Source: a virus
Virus record (IMG/VR): IMGVR_UViG_3300021437_000012
Span: 1-64,000 of that record
Direction: 5' to 3' (one strand)
DNA length: 64,000 bases
Made by a program: the position numbers and the translations under genes. Below are positions 9,296 to 17,680 of this stretch, piece by piece. Within the stretch, counting starts at the first letter, position 1. The number at the start of each line of letters is the position of its first letter. Under the pieces are notes generated by a model. The model was given only the letters and a program-made list of their open reading frames with translations. It made no database searches and had not been told where the DNA came from.

Positions 9296-9335
9296 CGCAC
9301 GCCTGCAAATACAACATTGCAGGCGTGCGAATTTT
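9296..9335 (+). terminator. 13-bp perfect hairpin (terminator-like)
   Basis: CGCACGCCTGCAA-N8-TTGCAGGCGTGCG followed by AATTTT. Confidence 0.5.
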
Positions 9336-9340
9336 CACTT

Positions 9341-9988
9341 ATGCCTCCTCGTTCGTTGCTTCCTGTTAAATCTGGTGGTCAGCAAAAGTCTGCAAACAAG
9401 ACCGGAAAACGTGTTCCTTGGCAGAATAATCCTCATATACTGGAGCGTCTAGCTAAGGTCGAATATCTTCATCTTGCAGGAATGCGGGTTGAAGAAATTG
9501 CTGCTATGTTGACTGCTCAGACAAATCGGCAGATTAGCCCTAAGTTAATTTATGTCGATTTGAAGCGCCTTGAGACAGTCTGGCGTGAACGTCTTGGGCG
9601 TAAGGTGGAAGTTCAGCGTTTACGGTCAACTGCGAAATATCAGTCTATTCAGCGTCGCGCGTTGGAAAATATGCGTAATGCAGTCGGTGGACTAGAAAAG
9701 ATTGCGTGGACTCGACTAGAAAAAGATTGTGAAGATGCGATTGTCAAAATTCAAGGAACGCTTGCACCACTAGAAATTGACTTAAATGCGAAGTTCGCGC
9801 CAAGAGAACAAATTGCGGCGTCAGTGCTGGAGCGTCTGGCTGTTTCATTCAACGGTAAAATGCCAGATGTCATTGATGTGGAGGTTGTGAAGCATGGCGA
9901 CTCCAGCGGAGGTAATGGAGTTAATAAAGACGGGGCAGTTGTCGAAAATAAAGACGATATTGGAGAACCAATCGATTGCGGAGATTGA
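9341..9988 (+). CDS. terminase small subunit (putative)
   Basis: HTH-like segment (LAGMRVEEIAAML), helical, directly upstream of and overlapping the large subunit. Confidence 0.7.
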   Translation: MPPRSLLPVKSGGQQKSANKTGKRVPWQNNPHILERLAKVEYLHLAGMRVEEIAAMLTAQTNRQISPKLIYVDLKRLETVWRERLGRKVEVQRLRSTAKYQSIQRRALENMRNAVGGLEKIAWTRLEKDCEDAIVKIQGTLAPLEIDLNAKFAPREQIAASVLERLAVSFNGKMPDVIDVEVVKHGDSSGGNGVNKDGAVVENKDDIGEPIDCGD

Positions 9989-11405
9989 TCAACTAAATTC
10001 TGATTTACTCGAACTGATTAAGCAGCGATCTGTTGTTGATATTGGTACTTACGGTTATTATGTGCATGGTTGGGCTCCGTACTTCACACATATTCGTACT
10101 ATCACCCGTGCGTTGAATGCAATGGAGCGCGGGCATGATGGGGATCGATACGTTATTGTAGTAGCTCCTCCTCAGCACGGTAAGACGAATTGGTCTTCGA
10201 TTGCACTTAGCTCGTGGTATCTCGGGCGGCATCCTGATCGGCATGTCCTTCATATCTGCGCGACTGATGATCAGGCGTTACTTAATTCAACCGCGATTAA
10301 AGACACCGTACAAGCGTCTTCACGATTTCGCGAGATTTTTCCACGCGCACAGTTGGACGGACTGAAGCCTCAAGGTGGCGCGACGTGGTTCCTTCAACGT
10401 AAAGAACTTGGTGATAAAGACCCGTCATTTGCAGCTTACGGTTCAGGGTCAAAAAAGATTCTCGGTCGTGGTACGCAGATGTTGATCGTTGACGATCCTT
10501 GCGATGAAGAGAATACGGGGACTAAGTATCAGCGAGATAAGTTGTGGGATTGGTTCAACTCGAAGGTGCTGTCTCGACTTCATCCCGTACTTGGTCGTGC
10601 GATTATCATTATGCACCGATGGCATGATGAGGATTTAGTGGGCAAATTACTTAAGACTGAAGGTAATGTAAAAGATGGTGGACGATGGAAACTGATTTCT
10701 ATGAAAGCTGTGCAGGATGACGGGACTGCACTTTGGCCTGAATTTCAACCTCTTGATGCACTTATGCGCGCACGAGCGCGTAATCCACTTATATTTGAGT
10801 CTCTGTGGCAGGGTAATCCTTCAGCCCTCGCAGGGCAAATTATTCATGGAGATACGTTGCAAGACGTACCAGGCGATTTTCATCCAGTGCGCGCGTGTAT
10901 GGGCATTGACCTTGCTATTTCTCAACGCGAATCCGCTGATTATACGGTAATTGCGGGAGTCGCGTTGGATAAGGACAATCGTGGAGCAGTGATGTTGATG
11001 AGGCGGGGACGGTGGGGTTTCATGGAGCAAATAAATCAGGTGGTGACTGCATACGATGAATTTAATGCAATTTTGCGGCCTTGGGAAGTTAAAGTTGAGT
11101 TGGTTGGAGTCGAATCAGTGCAGTATCAGAAAGCAATGGCCGATTTTCTTAATGCGCGATCTTTGTTGCCTGTTTACGAAGTTGGAGTAATGAAGGATAA
11201 AGTATCTCGTGCCCGTCCTTGGATTGCCCGAGCAGAAACGGGGAATTTCTTCGTTTCCCATAAAGTAGACTTATGGCCTGATTTTCTTTCAGAGGCAGTC
11301 GCGTTCGGTGGTACGCGAACCGAGCATGACGATATGATTGATGCGGTTTCAGCGGCGTGGCAAACTCTTGAGTATTCAGGGACTTCTGGGATTATGGTGG
11401 TCTAG
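9894..11405 (+). CDS. terL: terminase large subunit
   Basis: Walker A APPQHGKT, Walker B LIVDDP, nuclease GIDLA and HDDMIDA. Confidence 0.95.
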   Translation: MATPAEVMELIKTGQLSKIKTILENQSIAEIDQLNSDLLELIKQRSVVDIGTYGYYVHGWAPYFTHIRTITRALNAMERGHDGDRYVIVVAPPQHGKTNWSSIALSSWYLGRHPDRHVLHICATDDQALLNSTAIKDTVQASSRFREIFPRAQLDGLKPQGGATWFLQRKELGDKDPSFAAYGSGSKKILGRGTQMLIVDDPCDEENTGTKYQRDKLWDWFNSKVLSRLHPVLGRAIIIMHRWHDEDLVGKLLKTEGNVKDGGRWKLISMKAVQDDGTALWPEFQPLDALMRARARNPLIFESLWQGNPSALAGQIIHGDTLQDVPGDFHPVRACMGIDLAISQRESADYTVIAGVALDKDNRGAVMLMRRGRWGFMEQINQVVTAYDEFNAILRPWEVKVELVGVESVQYQKAMADFLNARSLLPVYEVGVMKDKVSRARPWIARAETGNFFVSHKVDLWPDFLSEAVAFGGTRTEHDDMIDAVSAAWQTLEYSGTSGIMVV

Positions 11406-11437
11406 CGGATTATTTCTACTTTAGGGGTACGAGACAC

Positions 11438-11477
11438 TTGACAACCATATTGAACTGTGGTACAGTGTAACCACAGT
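11438..11477 (+). promoter_or_regulatory. sigma70 promoter with overlapping palindromic operator
   Basis: TTGACA(11438)-N17-TACAGT(11461) with extended TG; inverted repeat ACTGTGGT-N8-ACCACAGT at 11454-11477; GGAGG SD follows. Confidence 0.8.
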
Positions 11478-11491
11478 CGGAGGAAATTGAC

Positions 11492-12034
11492 ATGGATACA
11501 ATGACAATCACCGAAGGACTTGCCGAATTGAAGACTATCGGTAAGCGGATTGAAAAGAAACGCGCCGCAATCCAGACTTATTTGGTACGGCCTGCGGTGG
11601 TGAAAGATCCTTTAGCTGCGCAAGGCGGATCGGCTGCTTACGTTAAGCAGGAAATGCAGTCGATCTATGACTTGTTAACGAGATTCGCCACAATTCGACA
11701 TGCAGTGCAGTCGAAGAATCTTGGCACTCAACTTACCATTGAGGGACTTACGCGCACTGTGCAAGGGTGGTTGAATTGGCGGAAAGAGATTGCGCCGATC
11801 TACACCAAGCATCTGCAACAAATTCGCGCCAATATAGACGCGGTGCGGAATCAGACACATAGGCAGCAGGGTCGGGTTTTGAAGGAAGATGCGCAGGACG
11901 CTAATCAGACTGATGTGCTGATCAATCTTGATGAAGTGGTGTTGAATCAGGATCTTGAACGCATCGAAACGATCTTGGGAACTTTGGACGGCAAGTTAAG
12001 CTTGCTGAACGCGACGACTACAATAGAAGTGTAA
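11492..12034 (+). CDS. coiled-coil protein resembling the DIP1984/DUF6847-like family
   Basis: MTITEGLAELKTIGKRIEKK N-terminus and LDGKLSLLNATTTIEV C-terminus; family recognised from memory only. Confidence 0.6.
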   Translation: MDTMTITEGLAELKTIGKRIEKKRAAIQTYLVRPAVVKDPLAAQGGSAAYVKQEMQSIYDLLTRFATIRHAVQSKNLGTQLTIEGLTRTVQGWLNWRKEIAPIYTKHLQQIRANIDAVRNQTHRQQGRVLKEDAQDANQTDVLINLDEVVLNQDLERIETILGTLDGKLSLLNATTTIEV

Positions 12035-12040
12035 AGAACA

Positions 12041-12297
12041 AAAATCTCCATTCGGTAGCGAAGAGGGAAGAACAGGAAACGGCCCACATCAGGGCTCCAT
12101 TGGTAGAGCACTGGATGTCAAGCAACATCTTAAAGCTGAAAGATGAAAGTTCATAAGCTGCTTATCTAAAAGCTGATAAGATGAAAGAGTATAAGTTGGT
12201 TAAAATCCGTCGTTCAACTGAAATTCGTGGAGACATGAATTGCGCGGTTTCTTGTCCGCGTTCTCTGGTTGACGGCAGCGACTTGGATGGAGATTTT
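12041..12297 (+). ncRNA. putative structured RNA with tandem AAG heptamers
   Basis: Ends pair perfectly (AAAATCTCCAT / ATGGAGATTTT). Internal hairpins include a GAGA tetraloop, there is a possible pseudoknot, and eight heptamer/octamer repeats; no ORF. Confidence 0.65.
12132..12198 (+). repeat. eight imperfect (A/T)AAGNNN repeats
   Basis: AAAGCTG AAAGATG AAAGTTC ATAAGCTG [CTTATCT] AAAAGCTG ATAAGATG AAAGAGT ATAAGTTG. Confidence 0.8.
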
Positions 12298-12302
12298 AAG
12301 TA

Positions 12303-12554
12303 ATGTCAGATCATCCGTATAAAGGTAAGTGGATTGCGTTAAGTCCGACTTTGCAAGTTGGTTTTGACGATGAAGGAAAGCCTGGATTTCGGACTCCTGA
12401 GAAAATGCCAGAACTTAGTGCGATGATGGAGCAGTTAATTCAAGGTCGAGAGATCAGACTTCAGCAACTTGGGTTGATTCAGGCGTTTCTTGTTGCGTCA
12501 AGTGGGGAGCAGGAAAAGCGAATCGTACCTCCACCGCCGGGACTTAAACTTTAG
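12303..12554 (+). CDS. hypothetical protein
   Basis: GGAG SD lies inside the 3' closing stem of the RNA. Confidence 0.7.
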   Translation: MSDHPYKGKWIALSPTLQVGFDDEGKPGFRTPEKMPELSAMMEQLIQGREIRLQQLGLIQAFLVASSGEQEKRIVPPPPGLKL

Positions 12555-12562
12555 GAGTTAGT

Positions 12563-12748
12563 ATGACTGATCGTGACGGCGTACAACTTCATGTGGGTGA
12601 TAAAGTCATGGTGACTTTGAGTAAATTAAATGTTGAGGGGCGTGTTGTAGAAATTAAGAAAAGGTCGTTCACTGTGCGACTGGATAGTGATAAGGTAGAT
12701 AAGCATCAGATTATCACTCGTAGGTCGCATCAAGTCAAGATAATTTAG
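12563..12748 (+). CDS. small KOW/SH3-like protein
   Basis: AGGAG RBS; LHVGDKVMV...GRVVEI pattern. Confidence 0.65.
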   Translation: MTDRDGVQLHVGDKVMVTLSKLNVEGRVVEIKKRSFTVRLDSDKVDKHQIITRRSHQVKII

Positions 12749-12754
12749 CAAACA

Positions 12755-12837
12755 TCCGTACCCGATGGAGTAAGTACGTACCATCCCGACCTCCAATCAT
12801 GCTGTTAGGGCCGACGTTACTGCCCATCGGGTACGGA
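12755..12837. repeat. intergenic 14-bp perfect inverted repeat (long hairpin)
   Basis: TCCGTACCCGATGG ... CCATCGGGTACGGA, extended by AGTAA/TTACT. Confidence 0.8.
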
Positions 12838-12846
12838 GTTATTTCA

Positions 12847-13098
12847 ATGAAAAAGAAGGTAGATAAAATGGCGATGGGTACAGTTAAAATTCGAGTGGCA
12901 GTGTGTGTTGGAGCGACAGGAGCATGGGCTGCGTGCGGTGGTGATGGGATGAACGATAAAGGGGCTCTTGATATTGCAAAAGATGGTGTTGAGGAAAAAG
13001 ACGTAATTAACGGTGAGTTAGTCTTTTTTCTTGAGGCTGTAGTCCCAGTTCCAAGAGCGCAGACCGTGCAAGCGCGGGTGAGTAAACTAGGTGATTGA
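12847..13098 (+). CDS. hypothetical protein
   Basis: ORF in the accessory run; start at 12847 or 12868. Confidence 0.6.
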   Translation: MKKKVDKMAMGTVKIRVAVCVGATGAWAACGGDGMNDKGALDIAKDGVEEKDVINGELVFFLEAVVPVPRAQTVQARVSKLGD

Positions 13099-13312
13099 GA
13101 AAGTTCGCTGTATGCATGGTAAGTGTGGGAAAATTCTCACTGCGGTTGAACGTATTGAATCTTCAACGAGTGTTGAGTTTGTGTATGAATGTCCGAAGCA
13201 CGGCGTGCAGCTAATCGAGAGTCTTAATAAAAAAATTGAGAGTCAAGGAATTCAAAGTAAGCGAGCGGATCAGGTAAGGCGAGTAGCACTGAAACAAAGG
13301 CGGCGGGCGTAA
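13091..13312 (+). CDS. Zn-ribbon hypothetical protein
   Basis: C..GKC...ECPKHG. Confidence 0.6.
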   Translation: MIEKVRCMHGKCGKILTAVERIESSTSVEFVYECPKHGVQLIESLNKKIESQGIQSKRADQVRRVALKQRRRA

Positions 13313-13358
13313 AAATGATGTTCTGGACCGACATCGTTCATGTTTACGCTCGCCGCCT
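13298..13358. repeat. 16-bp inverted repeat hairpin
   Basis: AGGCGGCGGGCGTAAA ... TTTACGCTCGCCGCCT with an inner ATGATGT/ACATCGT stem. Confidence 0.75.
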
Positions 13359-13414
13359 GTTAACTTAAGCGTGGCGCATTCGATAACTATATAAATTCAT
13401 TAGGAGACGCTTAT

Positions 13415-13633
13415 ATGCCGTCAGGACGAATGTTACGCGCAAGGGGACGCATTGTGACGAGCGATTTAGTGGCGAAAGAAGGGCTGTATCCTGCGTGTCC
13501 TGAGTGTAAGGCGGAAGCTGGTGCCCCTTGTAAAGTTGCACCAACGCGAAAGTATAAAATTCACGCCAAGCGACGTAAATTGTACGTAGCGCAGACTATA
13601 GCTAAAGCTCATGCGCCAAAAAACGAGGAGTAG
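13415..13633 (+). CDS. Zn-finger protein
   Basis: CPECKAEAGAPC...H..RR; AGGAG RBS. Confidence 0.7.
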   Translation: MPSGRMLRARGRIVTSDLVAKEGLYPACPECKAEAGAPCKVAPTRKYKIHAKRRKLYVAQTIAKAHAPKNEE

Positions 13634-14483
13634 TATGACTAAAGCCTTATTTAGAAAATACGCACGTCGTAAATTGAATCAAGTAATAAAGTCGAGTTCT
13701 TCGAGCTTCAGAATTAATAATATAGCGTGTCTTCAAAGTGAAATCAGTTTAGCGTTTGATGTAGGTAAGAGCATTAACAAACGTATGAGTCATGTGGCTC
13801 AATGTTTACGTTGGCTAATGCACATTGATACTGATGTAAGCAAAGGTTGGCTTAACCCTACCTTAGCGACAATGAGCGCAGGGCAATCTGAATATGCGCA
13901 TGGCGTAGATAATGCGTTTGACAACTTCGAGCGTCTTGCAGCATCTATGGGTCTTACTCGCGATCAAGTTCTTCGTGTGTATCTTCAGAAGCATATCGAC
14001 GGTATACGCGCGTGGATGGAAGGGCACAAGTCGCAACGCGAGTCTGTGCGCGGGCGTATTCAGGACGCGATTGTGTATTTACTTCTTTATTCTGCAATGT
14101 TGCACGAAGATTCAGAGCCCACTGTAGCTGATAAAGTAGACCATTCTTCATTGACGATTCAAGAGCTTATTCAAGATTCATGGCAAACTGCGGAAGACAA
14201 GGGATGGCATGAGCGCACTCGTGAAGTGCCGGAACTTATTGCGTTGGTGCACTCGGAGCTTTCGGAGGCGTTGGAGGAATACCGTAAGCCTAGCACGTAT
14301 GAAACTGATTTTTACATAGGGGACTGTGGTAAGCCAGAGGGTGTAGCGGTAGAGTTCGCTGACGTTGTTATTCGTATTGCGGATGCAGCCTGTTGCCTTA
14401 ATTTACCTTTAGAAAACGCACTACGAGCAAAGCTGGCGTATAACAAAACTCGTGAGCATCGACATGGGGGTAAAAAGGTATGA
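13611..14483 (+). CDS. nucleotide-modification-associated (DUF1599-like) domain fused to MazG-like NTP pyrophosphatase
   Basis: EYA...AFDNFER...KHIDGI...RIQDAIVYLLL, then KGW...ALVHSELSEALEEYR...EFADVVIRIAD...KLAYNKTR; true start uncertain. Confidence 0.75.
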   Translation: MRQKTRSSMTKALFRKYARRKLNQVIKSSSSSFRINNIACLQSEISLAFDVGKSINKRMSHVAQCLRWLMHIDTDVSKGWLNPTLATMSAGQSEYAHGVDNAFDNFERLAASMGLTRDQVLRVYLQKHIDGIRAWMEGHKSQRESVRGRIQDAIVYLLLYSAMLHEDSEPTVADKVDHSSLTIQELIQDSWQTAEDKGWHERTREVPELIALVHSELSEALEEYRKPSTYETDFYIGDCGKPEGVAVEFADVVIRIADAACCLNLPLENALRAKLAYNKTREHRHGGKKV

Positions 14484-14959
14484 ATGGCATATATTACGCC
14501 TTTATTGTATTTGGTTTAGCCGCTGTTTTTGTCGAAGGTACATTGTTAGTGGCAAATACCTTAATTTACCCTACGATGCCCTTACTGGGTAGACTTGGAT
14601 TTCGCTGCGCATTTTTCACGGGAACGTATTGGGCAGTAAGTCGATTCTGGCGTACCCCGCTAGCTATTTATTGGTGTGGTGATACCTACGAACAGCAAGA
14701 GAAGGTGGCAAAGGCTGTTGCACTTGGTGTACTTCCTATAAAGGACTATAGGTGTAATAACATGGAGCTTATGGTTAAATCGGTAGGAACTGGTAAGCCA
14801 TGTTGGCCTGATTTTTTGTCGTACGCAGTTTTAGGCGAACCTGGCAATTTGTATATGCCTTCGGTGGTGCGGGTAGAAGAGGAGCTTACTAAAACGCAGA
14901 TAGACGATCTTCAAGCACAGTGGGAAGATTGGTATAAAAAGTCCTTAGCCATAAAATAG
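14480..14959 (+). CDS. membrane protein
   Basis: Two N-terminal hydrophobic segments; C-terminus resembles a portal segment. Confidence 0.6.
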   Translation: MNGIYYAFIVFGLAAVFVEGTLLVANTLIYPTMPLLGRLGFRCAFFTGTYWAVSRFWRTPLAIYWCGDTYEQQEKVAKAVALGVLPIKDYRCNNMELMVKSVGTGKPCWPDFLSYAVLGEPGNLYMPSVVRVEEELTKTQIDDLQAQWEDWYKKSLAIK

Positions 14960-14967
14960 GTGCACGT

Positions 14968-15195
14968 ATGAATGCAAACTTCGCATTATGCCCTTCCTGC
15001 GTCGAACAAAATGGGAGAGTTGCTAAAAATAACCCCGAGATAGAAGGTGCTTTAATTGGTCGATTGTTGCCATTTGGTGAAAGCCCATTAGTTATTGGTG
15101 TTTTGCGTATAAGCATGTATGTCTGTTCTCGTTGTGGCTACACAGTATCTCCATCTAAGCTAAATTTGCATGAATCGAAAGAAGTAGTTAAGTAA
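14968..15195 (+). CDS. Zn-ribbon hypothetical protein
   Basis: CPSC...VCSRCGY. Confidence 0.6.
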   Translation: MNANFALCPSCVEQNGRVAKNNPEIEGALIGRLLPFGESPLVIGVLRISMYVCSRCGYTVSPSKLNLHESKEVVK

Positions 15196-15500
15196 TGCAC
15201 GTCCTTTTCATCGACGGGCCTAAGAAAACGCAAATTGAGAAGTTTCCTTTTGACCGTCGAGTGATTTATATTCCAGTGCTGAAGGAACCCAGTTTCGTGT
15301 CGATGGACATAAATGACGAGATTCCTGAAGTTATGGCAAATGTTGTCGAATACTATGATACTAGTTGTTATATGGAGATTAACAAGATTCGTTTTCATGC
15401 GTTTTCGACCAACTCTCGGCCGATAAAAGAACTTGTTGAAACTATCTTGTTTCAGTTTAAGCGTGATATGATTGAGTACGTGATTCGAGGGCTTAGGTAA
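15195..15500 (+). CDS. hypothetical protein
   Basis: TAATG coupling; LFIDGP N-terminus. Confidence 0.65.
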   Translation: MHVLFIDGPKKTQIEKFPFDRRVIYIPVLKEPSFVSMDINDEIPEVMANVVEYYDTSCYMEINKIRFHAFSTNSRPIKELVETILFQFKRDMIEYVIRGLR

Positions 15501-15733
15501 TGACCACCGCTATCGCAGAACTTCCACCGCCCATCAATCATCTATGGAAGCGTCATCCTTCATTGTCTATTGTCCAGATTTGTCAACGCAAAGGATGTAG
15601 TGCATGGCGGCGTAGAAAGAATATGGCGTATTACGAATATGCGACTGCTGAGTTACCTACTAAATGGGATGTTTTAGTACCACCGTGTACAGGAGAGCGG
15701 ATTAGGAATTTGCAAAAGGGCGTGGAGGAATGA
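15500..15733 (+). CDS. hypothetical protein
   Basis: TAATG coupling. Confidence 0.6.
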   Translation: MTTAIAELPPPINHLWKRHPSLSIVQICQRKGCSAWRRRKNMAYYEYATAELPTKWDVLVPPCTGERIRNLQKGVEE

Positions 15734-16032
15734 GTTATGCCACCTTGATTTATTGGTGTTTAATCGAGTGTCTTCTTCTTTACGCGCTAGTGCGCACTCT
15801 TACTCTTCACTCTCAATCCCTTAATCTTTTAATTCAGCAGCTTCTCATTGATGAATCTCGATTTAATATTCCGCCCGCCGGACTTTATAAGAACGCCCGT
15901 AACGCTAAGATACGAATCTACTTTGTTACTTGCGGAATTTTCCTCATCGTGATATCCTGCCAATGGGCCATTTTCACGTCGAGGATTCTGTCATGGACGC
16001 TCCGCTTTGTCAGTGGTGTGGTAGAGCACTAG
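15730..16032 (+). CDS. two-TM membrane protein
   Basis: GGAGG RBS, ATGA overlap, two hydrophobic helices. Confidence 0.55.
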   Translation: MSYATLIYWCLIECLLLYALVRTLTLHSQSLNLLIQQLLIDESRFNIPPAGLYKNARNAKIRIYFVTCGIFLIVISCQWAIFTSRILSWTLRFVSGVVEH

Positions 16033-16181
16033 GGGGTCTTCGCCCCGCAGTGCAAGCTGGATTTGTTTTTGACCGCGAAGGCAAACAAGTTCCTATCTTT
16101 GAATGTCGTAATCAGCGACAGTGTGGGTTAGCTGATAAGATAGGCGCTCCTCCTGTTGTAGAGGATGTGTCTACGCGATGA
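15993..16181 (+). CDS. Zn-finger hypothetical protein
   Basis: GAGG RBS; CQWCG...ECRNQRQC. Confidence 0.55.
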   Translation: MDAPLCQWCGRALGGLRPAVQAGFVFDREGKQVPIFECRNQRQCGLADKIGAPPVVEDVSTR

Positions 16182-17680
16182 GCATGTCATTGCTTCCTTC
16201 GCTTTATCGATCTATTAAGCCTGTCTCTCTTTTACCACCCCCATCGGATTACGTAGAAAAAGCTTCTACTGTAATGGCCGCAGTTGCACAAGCGGCAGTT
16301 TATGAGACTGGACCTTTGGGCCTCGCACAGCCCGAAGAGTTCCTTAAGTTTATGCGCGTTTTCTCTAAACAACCCACCGTGTATCGATGTGTGACTGTTA
16401 TTGCAAATGCGCTTGCTTCAGTAAATTTGAAGTTCTACGAAGTTAAGGAAAATACGGATGACCGCAAAGAATTGCCTTTCAGTCATCCCTTAATACAGTT
16501 ATTCAGAAAACCTAATCCTCTCATGACTGGGCATGAGTTAAAACTGCATTGGGGGTTGAGCTTAGAGTTAACAGGCAACGCTTACTGGGAAATTGCGGTA
16601 GGCGTTAACGAACATACTGGCGAAGAGAAGTTAGAACTATGGCCTATTAATCCGGGTAATACACGAATTGTGCCTGATAGATTTCGTGGTGTGCGTGGGT
16701 ATATTTACACCATTAATCGCAAACCTATTCCGCTGCCCATTAAGAAGGTTTTTCATACGCGATACATAAATCCTAATCACGAATTTTATGGCATCGCGCC
16801 TATGGTTTCTGCGTCTCGTGCACTAGATGCAGAAGACCTTTTGATGCGACATGCAAATGCGTTGCTTAAGAATTCTGCGCGTCCGTCCGGCATTCTCATG
16901 ATTGATGGTGATTTGACCGGGCCGCAGCAAGAGCGCCTACGGACTGAATGGGAACAGTTATACCAAGGCGCGGACAACGCTGGAAGGACTGCCATCGTTT
17001 CGCGTGGTAAATCCTACACAACTATCACAATGACCCCTGAGCAGATTCAATTGATCGAAACTCGTCAATGGCACCGGGATGAGTTAATGGTTGCTTACGG
17101 ACTGTATCCAATCTTCTTCGGTATTCTCGAACGTGCGACATTAGAGAATGCTGAAATGCAATGGAAGATGTTTTGGAAGACGACGATGGAGCCTAAGTTA
17201 GCGATGTTGGAAGACCAGATTACTGATTCACTGCTTCCGCGCTTTGGAATTCATAACGTCGTCGCTGAATTTGACCGCACTGAATTGGACGCTTTCAAAG
17301 ATGAAGCGCGCGAAGAAATGCTTAGTCTATTACCTGCGTTGGACCGTGGCGTTATTACGATCAACGAAATTCGTAAAGATACTTTGAAGAAACCTCCGCA
17401 ACCGTGGGGCGCTAAGCCTTGGATGTCTTCAGGATTGGTGCAGCTTGGTGCTGATAACGCAATGCCCGCGCCAACGAGTCTGCTGCAAGGCGAAAGTGGG
17501 CAGACTACGCCTAATGCACCAAAATCTGAAGCATCGTCTAAACTTACTTCTTCTATGGGTGGAGCAAGTGCTGCAATCAGTGCACTTGATATGCACGCGG
17601 CGTTTACTGGCACCGCATCGGCAGCGGAATCTACAGCTATCGCGTCTTCAGGCGCCAGTGGTGCGGAGTCAGGGCCTTAA
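16178..17680 (+). CDS. portal protein (HK97-like)
   Basis: VYRCVTVIANALAS, HPLIQLFRKPNPLMT, LTGNAY, YGIAP, NSARPSG, TINEIR. Confidence 0.95.
   Translation: MSMSLLPSLYRSIKPVSLLPPPSDYVEKASTVMAAVAQAAVYETGPLGLAQPEEFLKFMRVFSKQPTVYRCVTVIANALASVNLKFYEVKENTDDRKELPFSHPLIQLFRKPNPLMTGHELKLHWGLSLELTGNAYWEIAVGVNEHTGEEKLELWPINPGNTRIVPDRFRGVRGYIYTINRKPIPLPIKKVFHTRYINPNHEFYGIAPMVSASRALDAEDLLMRHANALLKNSARPSGILMIDGDLTGPQQERLRTEWEQLYQGADNAGRTAIVSRGKSYTTITMTPEQIQLIETRQWHRDELMVAYGLYPIFFGILERATLENAEMQWKMFWKTTMEPKLAMLEDQITDSLLPRFGIHNVVAEFDRTELDAFKDEAREEMLSLLPALDRGVITINEIRKDTLKKPPQPWGAKPWMSSGLVQLGADNAMPAPTSLLQGESGQTTPNAPKSEASSKLTSSMGGASAAISALDMHAAFTGTASAAESTAIASSGASGAESGP

Noticed and set aside
3493-11405. Inteins or introns in polymerase or terminase
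   Set aside because: Lengths are normal, motifs are contiguous, and there are no C...HN intein ends.
12132-12198. CRISPR or guide array
   Set aside because: Repeats are 7-8 nt and adjacent with no spacers; no cas genes are present.
12086-12220. tRNA gene
   Set aside because: Only a D-arm-like hairpin is present; there is no acceptor stem, anticodon arm or correctly spaced T-arm.
15730-16032. Holin
   Set aside because: It has two TM segments but no adjacent endolysin or spanin; evidence is insufficient.
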